The notes under the pieces are model-generated. The model worked only from the letters and a program-made list of their open reading frames with translations, was not told the DNA's origin and did no database searches. 64,000 nt of DNA from contig NC_042997.1 in assembly GCF_006345805.1 (NCBI RefSeq), positions 79,298,001 through 79,362,000 on the forward strand, in the 5' to 3' direction. A program made the position numbers and the translations under genes. Source of the DNA: Octopus sinensis (taxonomy: Eukaryota). Below, piece by piece: positions 12,521 to 26,176 of this stretch (position 1 is the first letter of the stretch; the number at the start of each line of letters is the position of its first letter).

Positions 12521-13029
12521 TCTTATGTCTCATCATCCCCCCCCCCCAGTGAATTTCGGAGGATGAAGCACTGAAGTGAGCAAGTTGAATATATTGTAGG
12601 TGTGTTACTGTATCCGAGACACAAAGGGAGAATGAATGATGTTTAGCGAGGTTTGATAGAACTATTCCAGTCATTTTTTTCTTTTATTTGTTATTTGCCA
12701 TACCTCTTTTATTTCCTTTAACTTTCGCCGCCATCGTTGAAATAAATAAACCCACATAAAATAATATTTCATTAAAATTTTTCTTAAAATTAAATATATG
12801 ACGGAACAAATTTTCATATAGAAATACATACCCACCTACTTTATATTCACATACATACATGCCCCTCCTCCCACATTACTGCACCAGGACTGAATCTAAA
12901 AGATCAAAAGCTAAAAGTAAAAAAATTGTTACATTTCTATCCAGTCTAGGGGAAAAAACTCTGCCGATTTTTTTGTTATGAAGTAAATCGAAGCTATTAT
13001 TTGTTTTTACTCCGAAATTTTATGGGAGG

Positions 13030-13203
13030 AGGCCAGTCGATTAGATCGATTGCAGTACGCAACTGGTACTTAATTTATCGACTCCGAAAGGATGAAAGGC
13101 AAAGACGACCTCGGCGAAATTTGAATTCAGAATGTAAAGACAGACGAAATACTGCCAAGCATTCGCCCGGCGTGCTAATGTTTCTTACCAGCTTGCCGCC
13201 TTA
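13030..13203 (-). mobile_element. tRNA-derived Nin-type SINE
   Basis: Reverse complement of the 60305 family including its head (ggcggcaagctggtaagaaac..gaattcaaatttcgcc). A plus-strand fragment also lies at about 13425-13575. Confidence 0.75.
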
Positions 13204-14024
13204 ATCAAGGCTATTATTGTGAGGTTGGTAGACGTTGGTGATGCCATCTTAAAGTTTATTGCAAAGAAGTAATCATCTGAAAGACCATATCATTTGAGAA
13301 CAGCAAAATGATATTAGATGTATTGCTTTGAATTCCTAGTCTTTTTTCCATTCGCTTTGTTAAATTTTGAAATGCAGCGTTATAACGAAATTTTAAAAAT
13401 CAGAATTCATCGAATAATATATTTCTCTCTTGGGTATTTCTGCCGAGGTCGACCTTGCCTTTCACTCTTTCAGGGTCGATGAAATAAGAGCCAGTTGAGC
13501 ACTGGGGTTGGTGTAATTGACTTGCCCCCGCCCACCAAATTTAAAGCCATGTGCCTATAATAGAAGGAATATTTCTCTGTTGGATAAAATAGTTAAAATT
13601 TGTATTAAAAACTTCGCATACAAAATTAACGCTACATTAATATGGAATATTACTTGACCATAACTGAAGAAATTTTTAAAAATTTATCTTAATAAGTGAT
13701 TTCTAAGATAACTGAATTAAAATACAACACTAATAAATGTCAATTCAACTCCACAATGATATAGTCATGAGGGATCTAAATCTGAACCACATCTGAATAT
13801 CTGAATAAACCTGAATAACAGACTTTAAGTGAAATATCTGCTACAACCAACTATATTTAGTTTGTTTTAAACAAGAGAAATAAATTTTACTCGCTTAATG
13901 TGCTATACTGACTTATAGATCGTAAGTAATTGTGCAAGTATGATCTCAATTTTTTTTAAAGATGTTACAAAGAGATTCAGGATCAGTAATATGTTCAAAG
14001 AAAGTTGATAATTTATTATTATGT

Positions 14025-14330
14025 TCAGGGGTTAGAGCGTCGGGTTCACAATCATAAGGTAGTGAGTTTGGTCCCTTGACCGGGTCATGTGTTGTGTTCT
14101 TGAACAAGACACTTTATTTCACACTGCTCCAGTTCACGCAGCTGTAGAAATGAGTTGCAACATCACTTGTGCCAAGCCTTGGATAACATCAGTGGCCTGG
14201 AGAGGAGAGGCTGATATGCATGGGGGTCTGCTGGTCCTCTATAAAACAACCTTGCCTGGACTTGTGCCTCGGAGGGTAACTTTCTAAGTGCAATCCCATG
14301 GTCATTCATGACCAAGGGGGAGGTGTCTTT
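14025..14330 (+). mobile_element. tRNA-derived CORE-type SINE
   Basis: tRNA-like head, then gtgttcttgaacaagacacttt..ctccagttcacgcagctgtagaaatgagt, which resembles the CORE domain. Confidence 0.6.
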
Positions 14331-14717
14331 ACTCTAGCTGATTTAGACATTGACAATAGGACTTAGTTAAATTGAAGGAGAGTTTCCACTGAAAAATAAA
14401 CAGAATCTCAATGACCGAAATATCCAGACTAGCTGTGTTAAAAATGTGTGTGTGTGTGTGTATGTATGAATGTATGTATGTAGGAATGTATGCGTGTATA
14501 TATATGTGTGTGTGCATGTATGTATGTGTGCGTGCGCGCGCGTATGACTTTTCTTTGAGTTTTATTTAAGTTCTTCTTAAGAGAGTTCAAGTCGGTCGCT
14601 AACAAAACGACAAGACTTTTTGAGTTAAGAGAGTTTTCAGCGTTTGTAAATATGTAGTTGAGTTAGTGTTTTGGTTGTACTGTCGGGGCATATATCCAAC
14701 ACATCTACTCAACTGTA

Positions 14718-14783
<66 letters not shown>

Positions 14784-14917
14784 TGTGTGTGTGTGTGTGT
14801 GTATGTATATGCATGCTTATATACATATATATACATGTGTGTATATTGGGTCATCCCATAACTAATGTGTTTTTTCAATTGCATGAACTAAAAGTCGGAG
14901 GGGTATGGGATAAACTA

Positions 14918-16154
14918 TCAGATCATCCCATAAGTTCTGTCCGGTTTTCCCTTTTTAAAAATTGAATGAAATTTAATTGTATTTTAGAATGTTTAATGGA
15001 ATTAAAAATTATTTTTATGCATTTGTGTACATTTAAACTAATAAATATTATTTTACAGAATAATAGAATTAAAATTTCTAACATGGAAGTATCCAAAGAG
15101 AATTTGAGGTACATAATGATTTATGAGTACAAAAAAGGTAACTCTGCACCCGATGTGACTCAAAACATACACCCAGTTTATGGGAAAGAATGCTTGAATG
15201 AAAGAACTTGCAGAAGGTGGTTTGCAAAATCCAGAAGTGGAGATTTCAGCCTTGAAGATGAAGATTGAACAGGACGTCCAGTTGAGTCTGATGATAAACT
15301 CCTTGAGGCATTACTTGAAGAAAATCCCACATTATCAGTTGAAGAATTGGCAATAAAGCTTAGTTCAACTGTTCACCGTCATCTTGGAAAGGTTCCTAAA
15401 CTTGGAAAATGGGTGCCTCATGAATTGTTCGAAAGCAACCGCAAATCCCGAGATGACATCTGCTCTTCTCTCCATTCTCACGAACTCATTTCACCCTTTT
15501 TGGATAGACTTGTGACTGGTGATGAAAAATGGATCTTCTATTGAAATGTTAATTGTCGTGAGCAGTGGCTTGGCAAAAGGGAAAAAGCTCAACCACGACC
15601 GAGGAGGGAAAAAAGTTCTTCTCTCTATCTGGTGGGATTGCAAAGGAGTAATTCACTTTGAATTCTTACCACCTAATGCAACAATCAATGCTCAAGTGTA
15701 CTGTCAGCAATTAGAGCGTTTGAACCAAGCTTTGAACAAAAAAAAGACCTGCTTTAATCGAAAAGGAGTGATGTTTCATCAGGACAATGCACGACCCCAA
15801 ACTGCGAAGATCGCATCACAGAAGATCGAAGAGCTTGGTTGGGAAAAAATTCCTCATCCACCTTACTCTCCTGACCTTGCTCCTTCAGACTACCATTTGT
15901 TTCGTAGTTTACAGAATTATTTGGGGGACATAACATTCGCAAGCCAGGAGGAGGTCGAAACTGACATTTCAGAGTTGTTCGCTTTGAAACCAAAAGAGTT
16001 TTACATTGATGGGATTAAAAAGCTTGTAAATAGATGGAAGGAAGTCATAGATAATCAGGGAAAGTACATTGATGATTAAATTTCAATTAAATATAACATT
16101 TGATCACTTGTTTTCTTTATTAAAAATTCGGACAGAACTTATGGGATAACCTGA
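14918..16154 (+). mobile_element. mariner (DD34D) transposon, full length, disrupted transposase
   Basis: TIRs tcagatcatcccataagttctgtccg / cggacagaacttatgggataacctga with TA on both sides. Motifs WVPHEL, VTGDEKW, HQDNARP-34 aa-SDYHLF, YSPDLAPSD. Stops and frameshifts are present. Confidence 0.95.
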
Positions 16155-16269
16155 TACCTGCATCAACTTGCTATAAAAACAGGTAATAATCTTATTTTGT
16201 ACTTATTCTTAGTGCAAGTTTTGAAAAGTGCAGTTCGATTTTAACAGTTATTTTTTCAAAGCTATGATG

Positions 16270-16400
16270 GAAGTGACAAAGGAGCTTACTTAGCATATTT
16301 TGCTTTATGAGTTCAATAAAGGCAACAATGCAACGAAAGTGCGACGAATATTAATGTGATATATGGGGATCAGACAATAAGTGTCAATGGTTGTATCATT
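16270..16400 (+). mobile_element. mariner 5' fragment
   Basis: Translates to HILLYEFNKGNNAT..NINVIYGDQTISV, a mariner N-terminal helix-turn-helix. Confidence 0.55.
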
Positions 16401-17169
16401 GGTGGAAAGAACGAGAAGGTCCCAAAACAAAATTGAAACTAGTTTGGCTAATGCTCTTTTTCTTCCCACGGATATATTGTACATAAAGATAGTTATGTCT
16501 CTTGGCTAAAATCTCTAAATTTATCTATTCTCTTGGATAGTATAGCATTGAAACAAAAAATTTGTAGCGAATCATTTCCTGGATTCTTAACCAGGAATCG
16601 AAACCTAGTTTAGATTTTTCTATGAGTTCCTTCCAATTGTTCTCGACGTTAGCATTTAGAAATTTATGAGAGTCAACTATCAAACTTAGATGAGTTCTGT
16701 TGTTTAAGTGAACATTCTTGAGTTAAATACAGTTCAACATAAATACTCATTTACCTCCCATTGTTATTTGACCTACAATCAGCTTTCCACTACTCAAACT
16801 CAGTTCTTCTTTCGCCTCTTTTCCTTGGCCCTTGACCATAAGGAGCACTACGCGCATGGCTTTTGACTGTAGTATAACACAGCTTTCATGTTCTCTATTT
16901 ATCAATATAGAGAGGTAGATTCTTTTACTCTTTCTCTCTCCTATCCGTCTCTAACAGTTACTGATGAATTTAACTGCCTACAGAATAAATAAAAGAACTG
17001 CGACTAATCTGTGTACAACAACAACATGAAGTTTTTATCTTACATTGTTACGATGAAATAAAAGCCATGTTAACTATTACTTTTTATCCTCTCATTAATT
17101 TGCTACGTATATTCGTTACATTCTGTGTGCATATTAATCATTACATACTGCCAGACACCAATAATTTAA

Positions 17170-17561
17170 TCACGTTAAATGTGGTCGGTAAGAGTTACTT
17201 CCCTTCAATTAGCAACTGTGGAATTTTCGAAAAGTAAAAAGTTTGCATTATGTAGCTTGTTATTCTCTTTAAGTGAACATTTTTCTGGTTGAAATACACA
17301 AAAAAATGGCGACACAGCAGTCAACAAATTGTCAAACATAAGTGATTTTCATAGAAAAAAGTATCTTTTTGATGTAAAGAATTTTTTGTGTTAACATGGT
17401 CCGATTTGAATTTTTTCTTCTACGGAAGGAAGAGCAACCCTTCTTCTATCATACTCTCAATTTTGGTCAACTTGCACCGCAGGGTCTCGGAGGAAATAGT
17501 GTTAGTTGAAGGCTACCAAACCTGCCATACACAGACAACTTCAACTTTGTATATATAGAGA
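17170..17561 (-). mobile_element. Non-autonomous Helitron-like element
   Basis: The minus strand begins A|TCtctatatatacaaagttgaagttgtctgtgtatgg, a Helitron-type 5' end. No 3' end was found. Confidence 0.4.
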
Positions 17562-17569
17562 TGTGTTTC

Positions 17570-17760
17570 TAATTAAAGGCCGGCAATTTTGAAGGAATGG
17601 GGAAAGTCTATTCTATAGACTCTAGTATTTTACCAGTACTCTAATTTGCTGATTCCCGAAAGGATGAGCTTAGAACACGCAAAGTGCCAGAAAAAATACT
17701 GCAAAGTATTTCCTCGTACGCTCTAACAATCCTACCAGCTCGCTGCCTTCCACCTTGTAA
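17570..17760 (-). mobile_element. Nin-type SINE, degenerate
   Basis: Contains cccgaaaggatga and a ccagctcgctgcc reverse head. Confidence 0.5.
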
Positions 17761-17799
17761 TTTAGCACGGTTTTTGATCAGACAAAATTATGTGTATGT

Positions 17800-17846
<47 letters not shown>

Positions 17847-19029
17847 CGCGTTATATAAAACAGCAAAATGCCAAACCCCACCTATAAAGCAGAAATCGGA
17901 AAGCGCGAAACTGTCACTGTATCGAGCTATTAGGTTTTATGAATTACGTAGCTTTGTTGTTCAGCACATTCAAAAGCATCAATTTATACCTAGTTGATGA
18001 TATACAATAGATCACGACAGTCAGCAGACACACGATTTCCCGGCTTTCTGCCAAATAAATAAATGAATAAATAAATAAATGTTAATGAAGCTCTTTGAGT
18101 AAAAAAAAAAGCCGACAATAAGAAACAAAAAACACGAGTTGCTTGTGTGCAAGTACAAAGATCATTTCACGAAGAAAATTTTACATTGTTTGTCATAAGC
18201 ATTACAGTATATTACAAATAATACAGCCGGTCGACCTTTTAGAAATAGCAGCAAACTCTTCCTTACCTAGAAAGGAATCATAAAAAAAATATATTAGATA
18301 GTATTTGAAAAATAAAGAAGAGGTATGTTTTTGCTCATAAGTCTGCTCGACCAGGGTTGACAGAAGACAAGACAACAACTTTTTGTAGGAAGGAGAGCGA
18401 TCGGTCTGGTACTCATACTGTGATTAAAAAAATCAACAAAAGCAAGTTCCTATGTTGTTTAACTTCAGATGAAACCTGATTGAGCACACCTATGATTATA
18501 GACATTCTAGCTGTGATCAACCAGTCACTTTTCTAGGTGCGATTTGAGGAATATTTATCAGCTATTTTTAGCAGTTAATTTGTCCAAATAGACGCTTCTA
18601 TGCCTCTGTGTGAATAAGTATACTTAGTTATTTTACTGTGCTTTGTAATACTCAAGAAATATATCACTCAGCTATGGGGTCAGGGTTGACCAAAAATACT
18701 CACTTAAAAGTTACTCGGGAAGGGAAATAACTCTTACCGGCCAAATTTAATAGAGTTGATTATAAAACTCCTAAATTACGGATACTTTTTATTTGTTTCA
18801 GTCACTGGACTGCGGCCATGCTGGAACATCGCAGTGGAAAAAGTAAATGTTGTTGCCCATCATCCAATAATTCGTAATACGGAAGCTAATTATTCAGAAA
18901 TGTCCACGCGACAAAAGTGTTAACTGTCGTAGTGACTAGTTAAAATCCTATTAGGTAATTGACTATCTTACCCCACCCATAGAAATTCCACGAAGACTTG
19001 GTCATGGATAATTAACACACAGACACATG

Positions 19030-19130
19030 CCTATATCCATGTACACGCATGCAAACATACATATATACATTCATACACACATACATGCACGCATACATAC
19101 ATACATACATACATACATACATACATACAT

Positions 19131-19163
<33 letters not shown>

Positions 19164-19244
19164 TACATACATACTACATACATACATACATACATACAAA
19201 CATACATACATACAAACATAACATACATACATACATACATACAT

Positions 19245-19279
<35 letters not shown>

Positions 19280-19376
19280 TACACATACATACATACATAC
19301 ATACATACATACATACATACATACATACATACATACATACATACATACATACACACACACATACATACATACATAC
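19030..19376. repeat. Compound (CATA)n/(CA)n microsatellite
   Basis: Seen directly. It accounts for the overlapping spurious ORFs here. Confidence 0.95.
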
Positions 19377-19479
19377 TGTCCCTGAGAAGACTATCGAACA
19401 CGTCCTTGATCTTGGCTACCATCTTTGGGCGTTTTTATTGTCTCTACTGCAACTTTTCGTACTTGATGTACTGCATGCT

Positions 19480-19590
19480 CAAAAGGGAAGTAAAGGTACA
19501 TAGATCGGAGATCAAGGGGTCTCTTCAGGCCGAGCCGCTACTTTTCTCCATTGAGAGAGCACAGATCCCTTACTACAGACGATTGATTAC
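19480..19590 (+). mobile_element. RTE-clade LINE 3' fragment
   Basis: VHRSEIKGSLQAEPLLFSIERAQIPYY resembles the RTE C-terminal IER.QLRW.GH region. A related fragment lies at about 21820-21995 (..RMSLERIARGIFEAEPTGRRPRG). Confidence 0.6.
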
Positions 19591-19599
19591 ATACATACA

Positions 19600-20130
19600 T
19601 AAACAAGGAATACTGGTAGAACATCCCAATAAAAACATCAATTCGGTGCAAACATAACAGACCTGATATTGTTTTGTGGTACAGTGTCAGCTGCCCAGTA
19701 GATGTGAATGAGCAATCAAAAGTCCAAGAAAAAGGGAAACTTTTGGCGAATTAATGCGGAAATTACAGCTCTTGTACTCTGACTATGTATTCTCATTTGT
19801 ATCAATCGTCATAGGTACATTAGGTTATGTACCAACAAATTTTCACAAAAATCTAAAAATACTCGGTTTCATGGAAAAAGACAAAAAAAAAAAACTGACG
19901 CGGATTCCCCAAATCCAGTCTATTAGTGGCACAGTGAAGATTTGCAAGACATTCCCAAAATTCTCCATCTGAGATTCTTATGTGAATAGATGCACACATT
20001 TGGGTGTATGCATGGACAGTTCAACCAACACACCAACTCATATATTTACAAATACTGGGAACTCGAAAGGTCTTGTCACCTTGTTAGCAACAAGCTAGAA
20101 CTCTCACAAGAAAGACTTAGATTAAATTCA
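19600..20130 (+). mobile_element. 3' fragment of an REL-endonuclease non-LTR retrotransposon
   Basis: KHNRPDIVLW..SCPVDVN..LMRKLQLLY..IVIGTLGYVP..SISGTVKICKTF (PD-D/ExK region). Confidence 0.7.
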
Positions 20131-20149
20131 AAGATAAATCATACATGTG

Positions 20150-20400
20150 CATAGGCGCATGAGTGGCTGTGTGGTAATAAGCTTGTTTCCCAACCATATG
20201 GTTCCGGGTTTAGTCCCACTGTGTGGCACTTTGGGCAAGTGTCTTCTACTATAGTCTCGGGCCAACCAAAGCTTTGTGAGTGGATTTGGTAGACTGAAAC
20301 TGAAAGAGGCCCGTCGTATGTCTGTCTGTCTGTCTGTCTGTCTGTGCCTGTGTTTGTCCCCCCCCCCCAATATCGCTTGACAACCGATGTCCTCGTAACT
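20150..20400 (+). mobile_element. tRNA-derived CORE-like SINE with internal (TCTG)n
   Basis: Head gtggctgtgtggtaataagc..ggtttagtccc and core ctttgggcaagtgtcttctactatag. A reverse head fragment of the same family lies at about 37090-37152. Confidence 0.7.
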
Positions 20401-21076
20401 TAGCGGCTCGGCAAAAGAGACCAATAAAATAAGTACTAGGTTTACAAAGAATAAGTCCTTGGGTCAATTTGTTCGACTAAAGGCAGTGCTCCAGCATGGC
20501 TGCAATCAAATGGCTGAAACAAGTAAAAAAAGAAGAAAAATACATACATACATACATACATACATACATACATACATACATACATACATACATACATACA
20601 TACGTAGGTACGTACATACATACATACACATATACATACATACATACACTGCTCAGTGGCTGTGAATATCTCATCTAAAGCTGAGATAAAAACCGACATC
20701 TTTGATGAACTTTCAGCTCTTATATTCGGGTTATAGATTTTCATTTGTACCTATCATCATAGGTGAACTGGGCTATGCACTAACGGGTCCGCATTAAAAA
20801 AAAAACATAAAACAACAACATAGAAATGCTGAAATTTTCCTAGAAATGATAAAAAGAAACTGATTCATATCCTTTAAATCTAATAGATTAGTGGTACAGG
20901 GAAGATTGTAAAACATTCCAGGGATTCTCCAACTGAGTTTCCTAGAATAAATATCGCCATATGCATATAGCATAGAGACGTACACAAAAACTAATTAAAC
21001 GCACACTTGTGTACTAAAGTGACACGCATACCCATTACATGAGTACAAGTACACCCACATCTATATCTGTCTGTCT

Positions 21077-21170
<94 letters not shown>

Positions 21171-21239
21171 CATTTATTCATTTTTATATTTATTTATTCT
21201 CATATCAGCTCATTCACATGTTAGTGAATGAGTTGGTGT

Positions 21240-21760
21240 GAGAATAAACCCAACTTATTAGCTTTACTCTTGTAGATGTACCATAAAGAAGACTGGTGGT
21301 TTGCATTACGTCTTCTAAAATTGACTTTGCATAAACCGATGTAATTATTCTTTTCAGTTACGTTATCTTGAAGCGTTGCTGCGTCTTCTGCCTCATTGAT
21401 GACAGTATTTATCATATATATCTGGTCAAGTGGGCAAGCTTCAGGGTCTCGGCAGTTACAAGTGAGAGTGAACTCTTGGTGTGGTTTAACAGTGATGATG
21501 TTCTTCATATTGGAGCAGCACTATGATATTTTTATCGAGCATCTATTAAAAATCTTCCTGTATTTATGATTTACTGAGAAATAGTTATTTAAAATAACCA
21601 GGAAATTTTGCCTACATTAGTTCTAATATTTAGGGAGAAGAGGGACGGTGAGCCAAATTATTTTCCTAGATTAATTTTTAGGGTTATTTTTAGTTTTCAT
21701 ATTTTTAATTGAAGTGTGGTAATATATCTTATCTTTGAAGCTGCTGTTAGCCAGGTATTG
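21240..21760 (-). mobile_element. Penelope-like element GIY-YIG fragment
   Basis: RKIIWL..KYRKIFNR..NMKNII, CNCRDPEACPL, NYIGLCKVNFRRRNANHQSS. Confidence 0.8.
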
Positions 21761-22124
21761 TTATAGTAGGGAGATGCCTTATAAAATATTTCCTTTGAAG
21801 AGGAGAGATTAGATATCCTATTACTGATGTTTTCTCCATTCAGAGACCACAGATCCCTTACTACAGACAATTGATTAGGATGTCGTTGGAAAGAATCGCA
21901 AGAGGGATTTTTGAAGCCGAACCAACCGGTAGGAGACCTAGAGGGCAGAACAAGAATGAGATGGTTGGATAATATCCATTTCTCAAGTGGTCCTGCTTAA
22001 AAACCAAGTAGGAAAGTGTAATGGCAATTGCTCCTGATTAGACCGTACGGAGGAATCTACCTCTACGACCCATCCAAAAATAGTGGGCACAGAAAACGGA
22101 TGGATATATGTGTGTATGTCCATG

Positions 22125-22185
<61 letters not shown>

Positions 22186-22238
22186 GTGTGTGTGTATATA
22201 TATGTATATATACACACACACATATGCACACTCACACA

Positions 22239-23826
22239 CACTACATCCCACATTATTAGGCAAATCAACCTTCTCTCAATAAATAAATGTATTTTCGTTC
22301 AAAACCAGTTGTTTTCTTACTGGCAGTTGGCAACACCTAACTGCGCACATTCTATTAAAATAAATCGGATCTGCGCAGACGAAAACAAACGGCAGCTATT
22401 ATCGTGTAGGAGCAACATTTCTGCTGTCCCAAATTATTAGGCAGGTGCCCAATTTAAGTGTCATTATGGGCCAGAAACGTGATCTTATCTCGAATGAGAA
22501 GTCTATCTTGTGTTAGAGCTTGGAAAAGGAAAAATAACCATAGAAATATCAAAAATACTGAGAAGAGATCACTGAACAGTGAAGAAATTTGTGCTGTCTC
22601 CTATTTCCTACTAGTCGAGGATAGATAAGTATAAGTCGAGGTTGTTTCTCATGTGTGAAAAAGGAATTTGTGCGGAACCCATGTGTGACAAGTAGAGAAG
22701 TCTTCAAACGTTGTGGCAAGAAGACATATCGAAAACTATCAGGTGTCGCCTCTTGAAGCAGGTGGCGAAGAATGTTAAACTTGTTACAAGACCCCCTCTG
22801 AAGGCTGTTCATAAGCAGAAGAGACTGGAATGGGCAGAAGAATACATGAAGATAGATTTTTCAACAGTTCTGTTCACTGATGAATGCCGTGCTACCCTTG
22901 ATCGACCAGATGGCTAGAGTAAAGGTTCGGTATCAATCAGCGGGAACCGTCTTCATAATTTGAGATGCTAACAGGGGTCATGTTTTGGGCTGGCATCGTT
23001 GGTGGTATGATGGTCGGGCCATGATTAGTCCCAGATGGCATTAAGATGACATCGAAAACACATGTTACCTTCTTAAAGGACAATTTCCAACCGTGGTTTA
23101 AAAACAAAAACAAAAAACAAACAAAAAAAACTTTCATTCAAGAGAAAGCTGATCTTCATGCAAGATAATGCCCTCATCTCATGCAGCGAAGAATTGTAAC
23201 GAATATCTGCAGCAAACAGGCTTCTCTGGAGGTTGTTTGACGGAGTGGCCACCTTGTTCCCCTGACTTAAACCTGATCGAGAGCCTGTGGAGTGTCCTGA
23301 AGAGGTGCGTTTACCATGAAGGACAGCAGGTTTCAAATATAGTCGCCCTCTAGGATGATATTGTAGATACTGCCCAAAGCATGATACAAGAAGACATCAT
23401 CACCTTGACAAATTCAATGGACCAGCACGTAAGGAAAGTTATTGCATGTGGAGGGTCATGCATCAAACATTAGGAGCTGTATGACATCATAATCCCATGA
23501 TTAATTTCATTCGAACGTATTATGTTTATCATTAAGTCCTTTATGAATAATTTTTTGTTAAACATTTACTGTTGAATTAAATAAACGTTTGTTCTGCCGC
23601 AATTAGCATTTTTATTATACTTGCCAAATAAGTTGTGATGGTGAAAATGTTGCCCAATCACAAAAGTGGCCACCATTTGTTGGCGTCTGCGCAGATCCGA
23701 TTTATCCTAACAGAATGTGCGCAGACAGGTGTTGCCAACAGTCAGTGAGAAAACAACTGGTTTTGAAGAAATATACATTTATTTATTGAGTGAAGGTTGA
23801 TTTGCCTAATAATGTGGAACGCAGTG
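22239..23826 (+). mobile_element. Tc1-like transposon, DD37E (TRT-like), long IR/DR-type TIRs
   Basis: About 200-bp imperfect TIRs with TA at the right end. Motifs MGQKRDL, VLFTDE, MQDNA(P), WPPCSPDLNLIE. The spacing is 37 aa once a 1-nt insertion is removed. Confidence 0.9.
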
Positions 23827-24481
23827 TATATGTATGTGTTTGTGTGTTTATGTCAGGTTATAGCAAAAGTGATTTAAGACCATGTGGTTTAACCTTACTG
23901 CTATAAGCATTTGGATCAAATCTCCAGATTTAGAATACTTCCCTTCTCCCAGAGTCAGAGGCCGTGCTCTTACTTGTCAAGAAGCGGTTAAAAAGAGGTT
24001 TGAATCTTCATATAAATGTGCGCATGCGTCGTGACTGCGTGGTTAAGAATTTTGCTTCTCACGAAGATGCGACTGAAATCAAACGCAAATCGCAGCATTT
24101 TGAGCAAATGTTTACTGGAATCAACCCAAATCTAGGGAATAAAATTAGAAAGAAACTGTCGTACGGGCTGTGCACGTAATTTAAGCACAACCGTGCTATA
24201 TACAGTCTCGTGTCGGTGGATTATGTTAATCATACAAGTGTCTAAGAGCGAGTCAAGCTGAACAATCGTTTGTGGAAAAAGACGAAAGATTCCATATCTA
24301 AGTGCATGCATGCGTGCATATGTATTGTGTATTGTTCATCATTCATTAACTAATTATGTTGAAACATATTGGGTCATTGATCTCGGTGTCATTGGAACCG
24401 GCTGTTTGCCAAGCATCCTGACTTTTCTGTCAGTTTCAGTTTGTCTGCACTTTCTCTCTCCCTGTATCTGCTGTCTGCTTT

Positions 24482-24487
24482 CTTTTT

Positions 24488-24558
<71 letters not shown>
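24482..24558. repeat. (TTTC)n microsatellite
   Basis: Seen directly. Confidence 0.95.
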
Positions 24559-24561
<3 letters not shown>

Positions 24562-25059
24562 TACATATGCGCGCGCTCGCGTGTGCGTAGCAAGACTGCA
24601 ACAAGTAGCACATCATTCGATAAGTTAAGAGACCAAAGATATTATTATAACGAAAACTACACACAACTACCTTGTGAATACAGCTACCCAGGGTTTCCTG
24701 TCCAAAATATTAATTTTTTCGCTATTTATCAAGTTGTTAGAAACAAGACAGTTTAGCAATTGTGTTCGATGTAATCGACGTTTCAATGAGCATGCGCATT
24801 TATAAAAATATAGAGAAACACAGGGGAAATAATTAACTTCACAGTAAATAAAGCCAGTGTCTTACGAATATCAAAATTACATAAACCAACGCTTGAATGG
24901 TTTCTGATGTGTCCGGTGGGTTATCTTTAATTTCCGCTAAAATGTACTTTTTAAAATGCGGACATAAAGAAAAAAATCTCGCTCCTGATATTTACACAAT
25001 CATCTTTTAAAAGATGGAATATGGAAATATTTTTGACCCGTTAATACAAAATTTGGTCT

Positions 25060-25212
25060 TAGAAAGGAGCTTCCAATTGATGACGTTCTCGTCCATAAGT
25101 TTTCAGATTAATGCCAGTTGATGCATGTCTCTTCTCGGGGTATCTAAAGGATGACAGATGATTTTTGTATCTGGAATTAAATTTTCTATAGATCCAATAT
25201 AACGTTTGGTCT
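25060..25212 (-). mobile_element. Penelope-like GIY-YIG fragment abutting (TACA)n
   Basis: TKRYIGS..KFNSRYKNHLSSFRYPEKRHA across a frameshift. The microsatellite spans 25213-25359. Confidence 0.6.
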
Positions 25213-25330
25213 CTGTATGTATGTATGTATGTATGTATGTATGTATGTATGTATGTATGTATGTATGTATGTATGAATGTATGTATGTATGTATGTATGT
25301 ATGTATGTATGTAGTATGTATGTATGTATG

Positions 25331-25361
<31 letters not shown>

Positions 25362-25852
25362 GATGCAGAGCAACAGAAATACAGACACAGTAATGCCTCA
25401 ATATGCGAGTTAATTTGTTCCCGCAGACCGCTTTTAAAGCGAAAACTCAAAGCAGAGCAATAATTTCCCATAGTAGCAATATTATAAATCGTAATTCGTT
25501 TCCAGAAAAATATTTCACCTATAAAATTTATAATATTCATAAATAAGTGGCAATAAAACAACAGTAGAATGTAAAGAATATTTTATGTGAAGTAGAAAGA
25601 ATGTCAAGATCATTTATAATGAAAACTATAATCGTTTTCTGAATCACTTATACTCGCACTAGACTCGTACACATCATCCCTTGTAGACACGATCGCCGAT
25701 TCACAAGCACTTCTATACGGATTTGTAGATTTCTTTTTAAAAAACAAGTCTAGAGCTGTTTGCTTAGTAGAAGCTTTTTTTTCACTCTATATATTTCTCA
25801 GTAACATGCAGAAGCATTTGTTATGGTAGTAGAAACTTTTTCACTTCATCAA

Positions 25853-26176
25853 GGTATGTTTACATATTTGGGTAGTCCGGGATAAGTTTCATACAAAATT
25901 TAATATATTAAAGTTTTTTAGTTTTCTTGAGATGTTCGTTTGTCTGTCCAGTAGGAGAATACAGTAGTATTTTTGCAACGAAAAGGATGTTTACATTTTC
26001 GAATACTCAGGGAGAAGGGAAAGGAAAGAAAAGGAAGGTAAAATTTTAACAGAAAATTGAAGAAATTAAGGTTTTCAAATTTACTGGCGATGATCTTTTG
26101 TCTGTCAGAACAGAGAGAGAGAGAGAAAAAAAAGAAAAAGAATACTGTAGTGTTCTTGGAATAAAGAGGATGTTTA
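25853..26176 (-). repeat. Inverted copy of the ~300-bp unit at 29100-29409
   Basis: Shared blocks cccggactacccaaatatgtaaaca, ccctgagtattcgaaaatgtaaaca and ctctttattccaagaacactacag. Confidence 0.8.

Noticed and set aside
12500-12600. Possible hammerhead at the 5' end of the PLE (atgatgagaca..tgtgaaac; cagtg..cactg)
   Set aside because: No stem III or NUH site, and the core is incomplete.
19027-19657. Many 60-200 aa ORFs rich in YIHT/VCMY/HT/YI/NNN (also at 7.5, 14.6, 20.5, 22, 25, 28-29.6, 37, 46 and 63.3 kb)
   Set aside because: They are translations of stop-free microsatellites.
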